Below are positions 20,196 to 29,441 of a DNA stretch of 64,000 nucleotides, one piece after another. The notes under the pieces are model-generated. The model saw nothing but the letters and a program-made list of their open reading frames with translations, did no database searches and had not been told where the DNA came from. Position numbers and translations under genes: made by a program. The DNA is from a virus: the IMG/VR virus record IMGVR_UViG_3300017917_001342, positions 247,669 through 311,668 of that record; one strand, given 5' to 3'. Numbering within the stretch: the stretch's first letter is position 1; every line of letters starts with the position of its first letter.

Positions 20196-20917
20196 AGTGC
20201 CATATAATATTTGCCAAACAGTTTGAAGCCATTTTGCATGCGGTTGTAGTGTGCAGTATAACCTTCCTTGTCGAACACATGAGTGTCATTTGGTCCGCGA
20301 TCCATACGGAACAGATCAGCACTGTCTCGTTGATCAGCTGGCAACTCATTGCCATCTTTGTCAACTGGCACACTGACAAAATCAATCTTGCCTTTGTGGA
20401 ATTGATCTTCCCAATCACCTTTTTCAACCTGTTCAAATGCCCAGATCATTTCGTTGAGAACCCAATCCCAACGTTTAAAGTGAAATTCGTCGGGCGCATG
20501 GTAATGCTTTTCTTCTTCAGTGAGCTCGCGTGCCGCAGTGCTGCGAAGATGTTCAGGAACATCATCATCGTAGACATGCGGCGCCCCGTGTTTGTTTTCA
20601 CGCAGTTTGCGCAGCATTGGTGCAACAATGTAAGCAATAGTATCGTATGCACTCCAGATATCGTAGTTGTCGATTCGTACTTTGACTTTGCGATTGCCGT
20701 TGCGTTGAAAACGCTTGTGATACCATTGACATACGGTGGTAATCCAACTGTCGTTGCCGTGACGATCTTCGCTCAGCCAGCGTCCAAAATTGTGAACCCA
20801 GTCAGGTTTGCTTTTAATACCATATTTGTCAACTTCAGGTTTAGCCCAAAAGCAGAGCATTTCTGCAATTTGATAGGGCCCAACCCAACGAGGATATTTT
20901 CCCATGTATACTTTCAT
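20186..20917 (-). CDS. hypothetical 243-aa Trp-rich protein
   Basis: ORF. Confidence 0.55.
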   Translation of the reverse strand: MKVYMGKYPRWVGPYQIAEMLCFWAKPEVDKYGIKSKPDWVHNFGRWLSEDRHGNDSWITTVCQWYHKRFQRNGNRKVKVRIDNYDIWSAYDTIAYIVAPMLRKLRENKHGAPHVYDDDVPEHLRSTAARELTEEEKHYHAPDEFHFKRWDWVLNEMIWAFEQVEKGDWEDQFHKGKIDFVSVPVDKDGNELPADQRDSADLFRMDRGPNDTHVFDKEGYTAHYNRMQNGFKLFGKYYMALWD

Positions 20918-20953
20918 AGTGTTATGCCTTTACTGCATATTGCGTTTGATATT

Positions 20954-21640
20954 TTATGTTGTTCGTGCAACAATTAAATCTCTGTATCTTCCGTCGTCGT
21001 AGATAGCGTTCATCATTTTAAGGCCTGGCCAGTCGTCGGCAAACATTTTAACATCGTATTCGTAAATATTCTTGCCGCGTCCACCACCGGTGCCAGTATT
21101 AATACCAACCCCAGTATTAAACACATCGCTACCACTAATATCGTGACTAAGTTCAAACTTAATGTGTCCGCCCCAGCCTGGATATCCACGAGGACGGCCG
21201 TCCTTAGACTCCCAACTGCTCCAACAGGTAACACCGCCGCGAGGGCAACTGTGACTGTTACTCAGCATATGAGTGTAACTAACATCAATGTAATGGATTT
21301 TGATCCAAAAATCTTCGCGAAACTTTTCACGCCGATGGCGCCAACCTGCGCGGCCCTGTGCAATCATGCGATCAAAAAAGAATTCAGGATGCAGTTCGAT
21401 CCAGTTAACAATAGATTCGAGATCGGGCTGATGAATAAATTCGTCAAACAGTGCATTTTGCCTACGATTACGAATACGCTTAAACGTGCGATCAGCACGA
21501 AGTTTAGCAAGATAATTTACATAGCTGGCTTTGGTACTAAAGATACGCTTAGTCCATGGACATTGATATGCCGTGACGATTTTAACGTCCTTAACAGGAA
21601 CCAATGCGCCGTCGCACTTATATGCTTTGATCTTTCCCAT
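20954..21640 (-). CDS. hypothetical 228-aa protein (Gly-rich segment NTGVGINTGTGGGRG)
   Basis: ORF. Confidence 0.55.
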   Translation of the reverse strand: MGKIKAYKCDGALVPVKDVKIVTAYQCPWTKRIFSTKASYVNYLAKLRADRTFKRIRNRRQNALFDEFIHQPDLESIVNWIELHPEFFFDRMIAQGRAGWRHRREKFREDFWIKIHYIDVSYTHMLSNSHSCPRGGVTCWSSWESKDGRPRGYPGWGGHIKFELSHDISGSDVFNTGVGINTGTGGGRGKNIYEYDVKMFADDWPGLKMMNAIYDDGRYRDLIVARTT

Positions 21641-21647
21641 TAGGTCC

Positions 21648-21860
21648 TCACATCACTGCACTGTCATCAAACGACCGCGGATTTGGTGTTTGCAGATTCT
21701 TCCAGTCTTTGTCATTTGCAAACACCACAACATCGGTGTCTTGCACTTCTTGTGCAGCACGAACATCCCAGTAGCGGTGGATAAAATGCGGACGGCCCCA
21801 CACACGAACAGCGCGGTTGTATGCGTCGTCTTTGAAACCAACAAAGTGAACATGTGCCAT
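21648..21860 (-). CDS. hypothetical 70-aa protein
   Basis: ORF, closely packed with its neighbours. Confidence 0.5.
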   Translation of the reverse strand: MAHVHFVGFKDDAYNRAVRVWGRPHFIHRYWDVRAAQEVQDTDVVVFANDKDWKNLQTPNPRSFDDSAVM

Positions 21861-21897
21861 GTGTGTGCCTCCTGTTAAGATACAGTTACACTATCTA

Positions 21898-22071
21898 TCG
21901 ATGCATGTCAACTGTTTATTCGTTGACTGCAACAAAAATAACTGTTTCTCTGAAATTTAGATAGGTTTCGGCACTGTTAAATGCAGCCCATGCTGACTCT
22001 TCGGTATCGCCCTTGGCAAGCACTGTGCCGATGATTTTACCAGATTTTGTTTTACGTTTGATATACCACAT
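21898..22071 (-). CDS. unannotated 57-aa protein (MWYIKRKTKSGKIIGTVLAKGDTEESAWAAFNSAETYLNFRETVIFVAVNE)
   Basis: Starts directly after the stop of the HNH gene. Below the track cutoff. Confidence 0.45.
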
Positions 22072-22073
22072 TG

Positions 22074-22469
22074 TTATGCTACCTTCAATTCAACGTCATC
22101 AATCATCAATTGCCGAACATAGTATTCAATCGGCTTCGGTGGCACTGCCATGTAGATCCTGGGATCGAACGTCATACCAACAGCGTCATACGCCGAAATC
22201 ACAAATTCAATCAACGCCAACGATGGTGCAGTGTTGCCCTTTTTGCAGTTACAAGGATGGCATGCGGGCATTGCGTTACACACAATCGAATAACCGTGCG
22301 ATTTAGGAAACACATGATCAGCAGTCATCACATTGAACGGCATTTCACATCCACACAAATAACAACGCTTGCCAATTTGGTTGTAGAGTGCTTTGATTAC
22401 CTGACGAGTGCATTGCTTTTTAGGGACACGCATTTTAGTTACCGTTGTGTGGTTGCTGTGTAAATGCAC
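22074..22469 (-). CDS. HNH homing-endonuclease-like protein (CYLCGC ... ADHVFPKSHGYS ... CHPCNCKKGN)
   Basis: The Cys pairs and His of an HNH/zinc-finger core are visible. True start probably MRVPKK. Confidence 0.7.
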   Translation of the reverse strand: MHLHSNHTTVTKMRVPKKQCTRQVIKALYNQIGKRCYLCGCEMPFNVMTADHVFPKSHGYSIVCNAMPACHPCNCKKGNTAPSLALIEFVISAYDAVGMTFDPRIYMAVPPKPIEYYVRQLMIDDVELKVA

Positions 22470-22519
22470 AGATATAACAATCTAATTAGATTGTCAACTG
22501 TTGCAGTTAGATTTTTTGA

Positions 22520-22900
22520 TTATCTAATCTCAGCGTAGTCCCGTGCATCTTCTTCGTCAAACCCTTTTAGCATAAGGAAAAAATATCGCAGGCTCCAATC
22601 GTACCCTTGTTCTACCTCATCGATATAAATGGTATCATCGGTTTTAGCTTCTTCTTTAAGAGCATCGACATTTGCAATCATGTCGTTGATCTCAATCGAC
22701 AATTCTTCGTTTTTATGCATATTTTTGAACACCCATTTCTTAACAGAATTGGTGTCCATTTTGTGAAGCCGCTCGATCACATTAGTCATTTCTATCTCCG
22801 ATTTAGTTGATTGCGTTGTTTGTATAGTTGATATAGCAGGCTCACTATCAACGGTCAACCAAAAACTAGAGATAGTTTCCAGTAAACCCACACTGTTCAC
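22520..22900 (-). CDS. hypothetical acidic 126-aa protein
   Basis: ORF. Confidence 0.5.
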   Translation of the reverse strand: MNSVGLLETISSFWLTVDSEPAISTIQTTQSTKSEIEMTNVIERLHKMDTNSVKKWVFKNMHKNEELSIEINDMIANVDALKEEAKTDDTIYIDEVEQGYDWSLRYFFLMLKGFDEEDARDYAEIR

Positions 22901-23243
22901 AGTAGAATTGTTTGTTGACTTTGTCTTGTTTTATATTTTCACAGCTTAGCTGATCGGGTGCATTACAGGGAATGCGTTTAAACTTTTCTTTGAACGCAAC
23001 AGCATGTGTTTCTTCAGTAAAATGAATAGTTACCCATGCAGGACCTTCACCAAAATCTCCTTTGTCAAATACTATTCGACATGCTGGATCATTAGCTGCT
23101 AGCCATGTGTTTAACTCATCACTTAAAAATGTGTCCCAGTTTTCATTTTTAATGTAATCATTGTAAATGCTGCCTTCGTCAAACCTAACAGTGTATTCTG
23201 CAGGCTTGACTATCACTTCTTTGTGTTTGATATTAAGTTTCAT
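22866..23243 (-). CDS. hypothetical 125-aa protein with C-terminal CxxC (FYCEQCGF)
   Basis: ORF. Confidence 0.5.
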   Translation of the reverse strand: MKLNIKHKEVIVKPAEYTVRFDEGSIYNDYIKNENWDTFLSDELNTWLAANDPACRIVFDKGDFGEGPAWVTIHFTEETHAVAFKEKFKRIPCNAPDQLSCENIKQDKVNKQFYCEQCGFTGNYL

Positions 23244-23601
23244 TGGTCTGTGATTCCGTATGCAAAAGATTCATATATGCGCGAAGACCTTCAAACTTTT
23301 CATTGAACCGTTGTTCTTTAGTTTTTAGATCAATACGTTGTCTTTTTAGTACGTCTTCTTCGTCGCGCATTTTTTGCCGATGCGCAAACCATTCGGTATT
23401 TTTCTCTCGATTCAACTCGTTACAGGTTTGATTTGCACGATTTAGTTTGTCTTTCAATTCGTTGATTCGTGCAACTGCTTCCTTAAGCAAGCTACATTCT
23501 TTCATCTTGCCACGTTCAACAATCCACATACCATCCTCGCCCATATAGGCAGAGACAATGCGTTCTTCAACTGATTTGACTTCTTTAGCCATATTAGACA
23601 T
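23233..23601 (-). CDS. hypothetical coiled-coil 122-aa protein
   Basis: ORF with heptad-rich, charged composition. Confidence 0.5.
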   Translation of the reverse strand: MSNMAKEVKSVEERIVSAYMGEDGMWIVERGKMKECSLLKEAVARINELKDKLNRANQTCNELNREKNTEWFAHRQKMRDEEDVLKRQRIDLKTKEQRFNEKFEGLRAYMNLLHTESQTNET

Positions 23602-23926
23602 CCAATGTAGTTAATATACGTTTATTATGAACTTCAGTTGCTTTGTTTTTCCATTTGGCAAGTTTAGGCAATGCAAGACGAATAAGGTCTTCTTCTGTTA
23701 GTTCGGGTGCATGTACACGGATAATATCAACTGCACAGGCAATTACATCAATTGCTTCGCCAACGATGCCATCCTTACCTGGCTGCTTATAGCTTTTGCC
23801 CTGTTCAATGATCACTTCCATTGCAAGTTCGCCTAGTTCTGTAACTGTATGGTTAAGAACGTCTTGAACTGTGCGATTGTTTTCAATTGCATCTGATGCA
23901 GAGAAGATTTCGCTAATCAGTGTCAT
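23594..23926 (-). CDS. MazG-like nucleotide pyrophosphohydrolase domain protein (TELGELAMEV ... EAIDVIACAVDI)
   Basis: E-x-x-E-L-x-E and E-x-x-D metal-binding pattern of all-alpha NTP pyrophosphatases. Confidence 0.5.
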   Translation of the reverse strand: MTLISEIFSASDAIENNRTVQDVLNHTVTELGELAMEVIIEQGKSYKQPGKDGIVGEAIDVIACAVDIIRVHAPELTEEDLIRLALPKLAKWKNKATEVHNKRILTTLDV

Positions 23927-24090
23927 GATAAAAACACTCCTGTATAACCCCAGCTGACTTCGGTTGATCGTCTAGCAATCTCAACCTGTCGCACTTCTCG
24001 CCAATCATCTTTGTAATCGCCGCCCTCGTAGAAAACTTCATACTCGGGCGGCATTTTTTGTAACTGTTCAATTAAGTCTTTAACATTCAT
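23923..24090 (-). CDS. unannotated 55-aa protein (MNVKDLIEQLQKMPPEYEVFYEGGDYKDDWREVRQVEIARRSTEVSWGYTGVFLS)
   Basis: Bridges the RNA ligase and MazG-like genes with ATGA overlaps at both ends. Confidence 0.5.
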   Translation of the reverse strand: MNVKDLIEQLQKMPPEYEVFYEGGDYKDDWREVRQVEIARRSTEVSWGYTGVFLS

Positions 24091-25157
24091 GCTTGCACTC
24101 CATTAACTTCGTGTTGACGACCTGCACCATACATCCAATGCTTTTGCGTTGCAACGTGATTTGCACGAACAAACTTTGCAACGCTGGTCTTGAAGTCTTT
24201 GTATGCAAATGCATCTGCAACTCGCACTACATAGCCTTCGTGAACATCACGATCAGTTTTTTCGTTGTACAGCGTCTTGATTGCTGCTTCATCCCAGATA
24301 CCATCATAGATAACCGGAACCGTCGGCATATCAAGCAGTGCAAACCATTCTACAGTTTCGTCCCAGCTAAGACATTCGTTGCGATCAGTCCAGATGCTAA
24401 ACCCAAGCAGGTAACCAGGCAAGTTATCATAGCGGATGCTATGCACAGCATAGAGGTTTTCTGCACATACACGCCAACCTTCTGGCAACTCATAGCTGCG
24501 TTGCATCCAAAAGTTCTTTGCCCAATCTCTAGTATAATGGCTACGACCGTCAACACTGCGAGCATGACAGTAGTCGCGATAACCACTGAAATTCTCACCG
24601 TCCATCTTGCGAGTAACAATCACACGGCGCCCCGCAAATACACCAGTGTCTTTCATAACACGGTCATCATCGGTTGCACCGGGGCTCCACGGCAAGTGAT
24701 AGGTACGAGGATACTTAACGTATTCTACAAACAGTGTGTCAAAGTCGGGATGATAACGAAGAATCTTTTGTACAGATTCGTCGTAGAACAACGGACCTTT
24801 GGTACGCTTGCCGTTGTCAAGAATCACATTGCCCCACTTATCGTAAACATGATCGTGGTACATGTCCTCAGGCAGCACGATTTTCTCGATCTTAGCAGCA
24901 ATACGAATGTCTTCGACACTCAGGGTAGTAACTTCTGCATTGCTGTGGCAACCCATTGGAAAACCATTGCTGTTACCATGATCGCACAGTGTTGCACCAT
25001 TGTCAAGATAATAGCCACCATCTGTCCAAAGACGGCGTTCGATAATGTGATGTGCATCAAGCCGAACACCATCGCGTGCTTCGTTACCGCAGATCACACA
25101 GCGATGGCCATCACGCTCAAAAACAGCGTTTCTAAATTGTTCGCGTGTGAGTAGCAT
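24087..25157 (-). CDS. RNA-ligase-like nucleotidyltransferase (motif I KMDGEN, motif IV EGYVVRV) fused to an N-terminal HNH/Zn-ribbon-like domain
   Basis: KxDG lysine-adenylylation motif. N-terminus HRCVICGNE ... DAHHIIER ... CDHGNSNGFPMGCH. Confidence 0.6.
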   Translation of the reverse strand: MLLTREQFRNAVFERDGHRCVICGNEARDGVRLDAHHIIERRLWTDGGYYLDNGATLCDHGNSNGFPMGCHSNAEVTTLSVEDIRIAAKIEKIVLPEDMYHDHVYDKWGNVILDNGKRTKGPLFYDESVQKILRYHPDFDTLFVEYVKYPRTYHLPWSPGATDDDRVMKDTGVFAGRRVIVTRKMDGENFSGYRDYCHARSVDGRSHYTRDWAKNFWMQRSYELPEGWRVCAENLYAVHSIRYDNLPGYLLGFSIWTDRNECLSWDETVEWFALLDMPTVPVIYDGIWDEAAIKTLYNEKTDRDVHEGYVVRVADAFAYKDFKTSVAKFVRANHVATQKHWMYGAGRQHEVNGVQA

Positions 25158-25224
25158 GATAGCACCTTGATATTTGTTTACATGCTTACACTACACAGTT
25201 TAATCTACAGTGTCAAGCACTTTG

Positions 25225-25422
25225 TCAGTCATCGTCTCGATTTGAATTAATTACTGCATTGCGTTGTGCTGCAATGCATTGCTCAAGAGTCACATCAGTG
25301 TAGCCAAGATGTCGCATATTTGAGTATTGAATACCACCTAGCACTCGACTCAATCTATCAAGTGCAGCTTCTGCTTCTGCTTGTTCATAATCAAGCATTT
25401 CGGGTGAACAGTATGTGGTCAT
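25225..25422 (-). CDS. hypothetical 65-aa protein
   Basis: ORF. Confidence 0.4.
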   Translation of the reverse strand: MTTYCSPEMLDYEQAEAEAALDRLSRVLGGIQYSNMRHLGYTDVTLEQCIAAQRNAVINSNRDDD

Positions 25423-26195
25423 TTCTTAAGACCTTCCAACATAGCAATAGTCTCTGTAATAAATGTACGAATCTTATCGTGTTCTTTTTGCCAGCGACGT
25501 TGCAGGAAATCCAGCGTATCGCCGCGATATTCGCATTGCCAGTTTTCAGTAATAGCTGCCCAAAATTCGGATTCGCTTGCAGTTTCTTTTTTGTACTTCT
25601 CAAAGAACTGCTCTTGATCTTTGATACGGCGTTCCAATTTTTTTGGATCAGTTGTTACTGCACGATGGTATTCGTGTGCATCGGGTCCGTCAAAGAAATC
25701 TTCGCACTTGCGATAAAACCAAATGATTTCCTCAATCCAGTCCATTGTAAGCAACGCAGTGTCGATCTGCCAAACAGTACTGTATTCTTTTTGAAAGTTG
25801 GGATATGGGATGAATTTGCTAGAAACATTGAAGCCTAGCCAATACTTTACTTCAGGATGATCAGCTTTTTCTGCTTCGGTAAAAACTTCATCTAAGCTAG
25901 AGCCATGTTTCGGCATAGAAAACTTACAATCGCCTTCTCCAAAATCTTCAGTTTCCGTATAAGCATAATGCAGACGTTCTCCACTAAGATATTTTGCAGG
26001 CGGAGTTTGTACACCTTTACGTCGGTCGCGCAGGCAGTCAACGAACTCGTCTGAATCTCGGATGCCGTTGCCAATCACATTAAAAATGTGATCATACACA
26101 CGAAGTTTTGCAATTTCAATGCCAGCAGACGCATACAAACTGGGATGCATATTAATGTTGAAATTTACAGCTTTGACTGGTGTCATCAGTTTCAT
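25419..26195 (-). CDS. hypothetical 258-aa protein
   Basis: ORF with 4-nt overlap to its neighbour. Confidence 0.55.
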   Translation of the reverse strand: MKLMTPVKAVNFNINMHPSLYASAGIEIAKLRVYDHIFNVIGNGIRDSDEFVDCLRDRRKGVQTPPAKYLSGERLHYAYTETEDFGEGDCKFSMPKHGSSLDEVFTEAEKADHPEVKYWLGFNVSSKFIPYPNFQKEYSTVWQIDTALLTMDWIEEIIWFYRKCEDFFDGPDAHEYHRAVTTDPKKLERRIKDQEQFFEKYKKETASESEFWAAITENWQCEYRGDTLDFLQRRWQKEHDKIRTFITETIAMLEGLKK

Positions 26196-26206
26196 AGTCG
26201 AAATCC

Positions 26207-26440
26207 TTATTCTGTTAGGATTGTGCCAGTTCTGATCTCATACATAGCAAGCTCTGCTAGCTTTGTCAATGCCATTTTTAACTCGGGATAGAGAATATCC
26301 CAATTGTTATGTGTGTTTTCATTTTGTGTAAACCATGCGCGAGCCATAGTCTCTGCATCGTCAAAGGTCTGGTCTGCTAGCACAGATTTCATATCTGCGA
26401 TAGCATCCATAACTAATTCTTTAGTGAGTTCAGTCGCCAT
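26207..26440 (-). CDS. hypothetical 77-aa protein
   Basis: ORF. Confidence 0.45.
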   Translation of the reverse strand: MATELTKELVMDAIADMKSVLADQTFDDAETMARAWFTQNENTHNNWDILYPELKMALTKLAELAMYEIRTGTILTE

Positions 26441-26642
26441 GTGTTAATTTCCACAATGTGATGTAATCATCCCAAGCACGTTGCAGTGCAGGGGTTTTTG
26501 CATGCCTAATTTCTTGATCTGCTGTAACTGCATCAGGATCAAACTTTTTCTTTGCTTCATGCTTTTCTAAAATGTTGTTAATCAAATCAGTATAATCATG
26601 TCGCAATTCCCATGATACTGCTTTATATTCATCTGGTTCCAT
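26430..26642 (-). CDS. hypothetical 70-aa protein
   Basis: ORF. Confidence 0.45.
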   Translation of the reverse strand: MEPDEYKAVSWELRHDYTDLINNILEKHEAKKKFDPDAVTADQEIRHAKTPALQRAWDDYITLWKLTHGD

Positions 26643-26651
26643 TGTTACCTC

Positions 26652-27053
26652 TTAAAACTGTTGTTGGGCACGATTCATTTCAAACCATTCATCGAGTGTA
26701 TAAACCTCTGGCATTCCGATCAATTGCATAACACCGTGCTTGTCAGTGTCGTAATCTTGAAAATACCAGAACTCTACACCATCTACAATTAGACTGCTGT
26801 AATAGTTGTTAGACTCTGTGTATGACAGTAGATCTGCTAACGCCTTGGCAATTTTCTTTTCATTCTGGCTTGCTCGTGCGGCAGCAAGCCGACGCTCCAG
26901 CTCGCGACGTCCATTCTTTGAAACAGCCCAGGCTTCAAATGCATCAATAAAAGCCACAAGGAAATGATCCTTAGACTCGTATTCAACACAGATGTTCTCA
27001 TGCCAAGTACCAGATCCTTCTGATCCGTGGCTATAGCATACTACCAGTTTCAT
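26652..27053 (-). CDS. hypothetical 133-aa protein, MKLVVCYSHG family (paralogue of 28119..28526)
   Basis: Shares MKLVV N-terminus and PEVYTLDEWFEMN C-terminus with 28119..28526. Confidence 0.55.
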   Translation of the reverse strand: MKLVVCYSHGSEGSGTWHENICVEYESKDHFLVAFIDAFEAWAVSKNGRRELERRLAAARASQNEKKIAKALADLLSYTESNNYYSSLIVDGVEFWYFQDYDTDKHGVMQLIGMPEVYTLDEWFEMNRAQQQF

Positions 27054-27054
27054 T

Positions 27055-27348
27055 TTAGAATTCCTTTTCTAGGAATTGCAACATACGCTCTTGTTGTCGT
27101 TTGTCAAGTCGGTCATTGGTTTTACTACGATCTACTGCGCCGACTAGCAGCATTGGTACATATATCAGCACAGATACTGCAATACCAACAATTATAGCAA
27201 CTGTACCCTTGCTTGCTACACCTAGCATAGTTATTAGTGTCAACACTGCTACTGCACGAATACCTGGATGTGGGCCAACATGCTCAAGAGTAGTTAAACC
27301 CCTGAACATGTGTTGGAATAGATTACGTTTTGGTAACGCTATGGTCAT
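27055..27348 (-). CDS. small membrane protein (2 TM)
   Basis: Hydrophobic helices. Confidence 0.5.
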   Translation of the reverse strand: MTIALPKRNLFQHMFRGLTTLEHVGPHPGIRAVAVLTLITMLGVASKGTVAIIVGIAVSVLIYVPMLLVGAVDRSKTNDRLDKRQQERMLQFLEKEF

Positions 27349-27581
27349 TTTTGGACATTACCGTAGACTGCTTGATAGCAGGCAAGCTCTTGTTCAAATG
27401 TAGCACGAAACGGTGTACACAAATCTACTGCCAAGCGCAAGTCGGCCCCGTCGACTCCTTTTGGTGCATCTGATGCGCTGCCTTTGCTGATAGCAACTAC
27501 AAGTGCAAACAATGCAATTACACAAGCAAGCACAGCAAAGCCGCCTACTGTTGCAACATCAGTTTGATTATCGTTAGCCAT
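27345..27581 (-). CDS. small membrane protein (~78 aa; start moved to MANDNQTD after GGAGG)
   Basis: Strong Shine-Dalgarno before the internal ATG. A single TM helix. Confidence 0.5.
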   Translation of the reverse strand: MANDNQTDVATVGGFAVLACVIALFALVVAISKGSASDAPKGVDGADLRLAVDLCTPFRATFEQELACYQAVYGNVQK

Positions 27582-28062
27582 GTGCAGCCTCCAGCGCCAT
27601 TTCCAGTTGCATAGCATGCTTGTAGGCACGCTCTTCTGCCGCAGCTTCCAGCGCAGCAAAATCATTCTTCCATTTAACGTGTTCGTAAAATTCTTCGATC
27701 ACGGCATCATCTTCGGCTTTCTGTGCTTGCAGTGCAGCAAGTACTTTGGCCTGTGCTTTAGCAACAGCTTCTTCAAGCAGTTGACGGGAGTAGATCTCAA
27801 TACGGCTGTTGCCGTCCTTCATCGGAGCACGCCAGTACGCAACCTGCTTGGGCGACAAATAACCTTTGCGCTCAAAAAAGTCTGCCATGTTAGTACCCAT
27901 ACGTGCATGCGCCGGACGGAACCCACGACCGTTTTGATGTTTGGTAGTTTCGCTGACTTTCTCATCAGCAGTTTGACGATTGCGCAGAACAATCAGCGCA
28001 CGCCCAACAGCTTTGTCGTTGGTTGCAAGCAGGCTCTTGATGTTTTCGATCGACAGTTGCAT
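27574..28062 (-). CDS. hypothetical 162-aa basic/Ala-rich helical protein
   Basis: ORF. Confidence 0.5.
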   Translation of the reverse strand: MQLSIENIKSLLATNDKAVGRALIVLRNRQTADEKVSETTKHQNGRGFRPAHARMGTNMADFFERKGYLSPKQVAYWRAPMKDGNSRIEIYSRQLLEEAVAKAQAKVLAALQAQKAEDDAVIEEFYEHVKWKNDFAALEAAAEERAYKHAMQLEMALEAAHG

Positions 28063-28118
28063 GATATGCTCCGTTGCGTTGCTGTTGCATTAGCAAATAA
28101 CAGATTAAAAATAGCTTG

Positions 28119-28526
28119 TCAATGGTGGCCGAGCACCGAAAATGTCTTTTTGCAATTATTTTCGTACCACTCGTCAACAGTATAAACAGTTGGTAATCTA
28201 ATCGGGTTACACTCTGTACCATTATGCGTAATATACAACGGATAACCTACACCATCAACAACTGCACCAGGTTGCCGTGTGCGATGTGCATTGCTAAATT
28301 CTTCATATGCAATACGTGCATTTTCAATTAACCTTGGTTCTTTTGATTCCGACGCTGTTTTGATATTGTCGGTTAGTTGTTTGAACATTGCGTAATGTGC
28401 ATAGTATTCTTCTACGCTTTTAGAAAAATCCAGCAGGAATTCTTCTTTAGATGGATATTCAATGAACGTAATAGTATCTGGTCCACACTGTGCGGATACA
28501 ACTACCAATTTCATAATATGCCTCAT
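28119..28526 (-). CDS. hypothetical 135-aa protein, MKLVVVSAQCG family (paralogue of 26652..27053)
   Basis: Conserved ends, PTVYTVDEWYENN. Confidence 0.55.
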   Translation of the reverse strand: MRHIMKLVVVSAQCGPDTITFIEYPSKEEFLLDFSKSVEEYYAHYAMFKQLTDNIKTASESKEPRLIENARIAYEEFSNAHRTRQPGAVVDGVGYPLYITHNGTECNPIRLPTVYTVDEWYENNCKKTFSVLGHH

Positions 28527-28657
28527 TTAGTAAGGAACATACAGTATCCAATGTGATCTGGTGCAAGCCATTCACACTTTTTGTATTTGAGCCAAATACC
28601 ACCGGTTGCAAGCAACACAAACAGCAGAATGGCACCAACGATTTGATAAGCACGCAT
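28523..28657 (-). CDS. unannotated 44-aa single-pass membrane peptide (MRAYQIVGAILLFVLLATGGIWLKYKKCEWLAPDHIGYCMFLTK)
   Basis: GGAG Shine-Dalgarno 9 nt upstream. ATGA overlap with the downstream gene. Confidence 0.45.
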   Translation of the reverse strand: MRAYQIVGAILLFVLLATGGIWLKYKKCEWLAPDHIGYCMFLTK

Positions 28658-28669
28658 TTCAAGTTCTCC

Positions 28670-28909
28670 TTAGTGTGTTGTGTAGATACTGTGCTGGTAT
28701 TCGGTTGCCCAATATAACACAGTACCATCTGCTAGCGTAATTTTGATGAGAGGCGTACCTGCTACGTAGCTAGTCTTCGGATTGTCGCCTGCTTTAAGAC
28801 CAGTATCGCTCATGTTGTAAACATGATCATAACCTGGCACATTACCCGGTCTATAAAGATCATATGGACCTTTAATGTACAAACCTTTTTCGTCTTGACG
28901 GATTTTCAT
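28670..28909 (-). CDS. hypothetical 79-aa protein
   Basis: ORF. Confidence 0.45.
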   Translation of the reverse strand: MKIRQDEKGLYIKGPYDLYRPGNVPGYDHVYNMSDTGLKAGDNPKTSYVAGTPLIKITLADGTVLYWATEYQHSIYTTH

Positions 28910-29091
28910 TGCTCAGCAACCACTTCAAAGTCAGCCATACTCATGTTGCTTTTGAAATCACGGAACCGACGTTTAAACGACACACCAATTTCTTCAGTGT
29001 GTTGATAAGGATGTGCTTTATGACCGCTGCCGTGACCATTAGTAGTAATGGTATAAAGCAACCCGTTTTTCTTGTAGCGGAACAGTGTCAT
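28906..29091 (-). CDS. hypothetical 61-aa protein
   Basis: ORF with ATGA overlap. Confidence 0.4.
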   Translation of the reverse strand: MTLFRYKKNGLLYTITTNGHGSGHKAHPYQHTEEIGVSFKRRFRDFKSNMSMADFEVVAEQ

Positions 29092-29100
29092 TCTTGCACC

Positions 29101-29409
29101 TCAGAATTCATAAAATTCGATGTTGTTGATCATTGCAACATACTCGCTTTTGGCTTTTTTCAGCGCAGTGCGAGCATATTCAATCATACTGTCGGCTTCG
29201 TTTTTGCGAGCAATCAGCTCATCGCTGGGAATTTCTTTACGCAGAGCAACTTGCACAAGTTCTTCACAGACCTTGGTCAAATCGCGCTTGCCTTCGGCAA
29301 AATCACGAAATGCCTGAGCAATATCAAACTCGAGCTGTTCACGTTTACGAGTGTCGATCATTTTGTGCTCCCACAAAAAAGTGCCTATGCTGTTGTTTAG
29401 CATAGGCAC
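29101..29409 (-). CDS. hypothetical 102-aa charged helical protein
   Basis: ORF. Confidence 0.5.
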   Translation of the reverse strand: MPMLNNSIGTFLWEHKMIDTRKREQLEFDIAQAFRDFAEGKRDLTKVCEELVQVALRKEIPSDELIARKNEADSMIEYARTALKKAKSEYVAMINNIEFYEF

Positions 29410-29441
29410 CGATGTTGGTCAACCAAAATTTGAAGATTTAA

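Noticed and set aside
24093-25154. 353-aa + strand ORF exactly antisense to the RNA-ligase gene; likewise 20234..20977 +, 27580..28185 +, 58719..59819 +, 51587..52135 +, 32510..33208 +
   Set aside because: These are mirror ORFs of well-supported minus-strand genes (motif-bearing, Shine-Dalgarno-preceded, translationally coupled). The antisense ORFs lack starts with ribosome-binding sites and have odd compositions.
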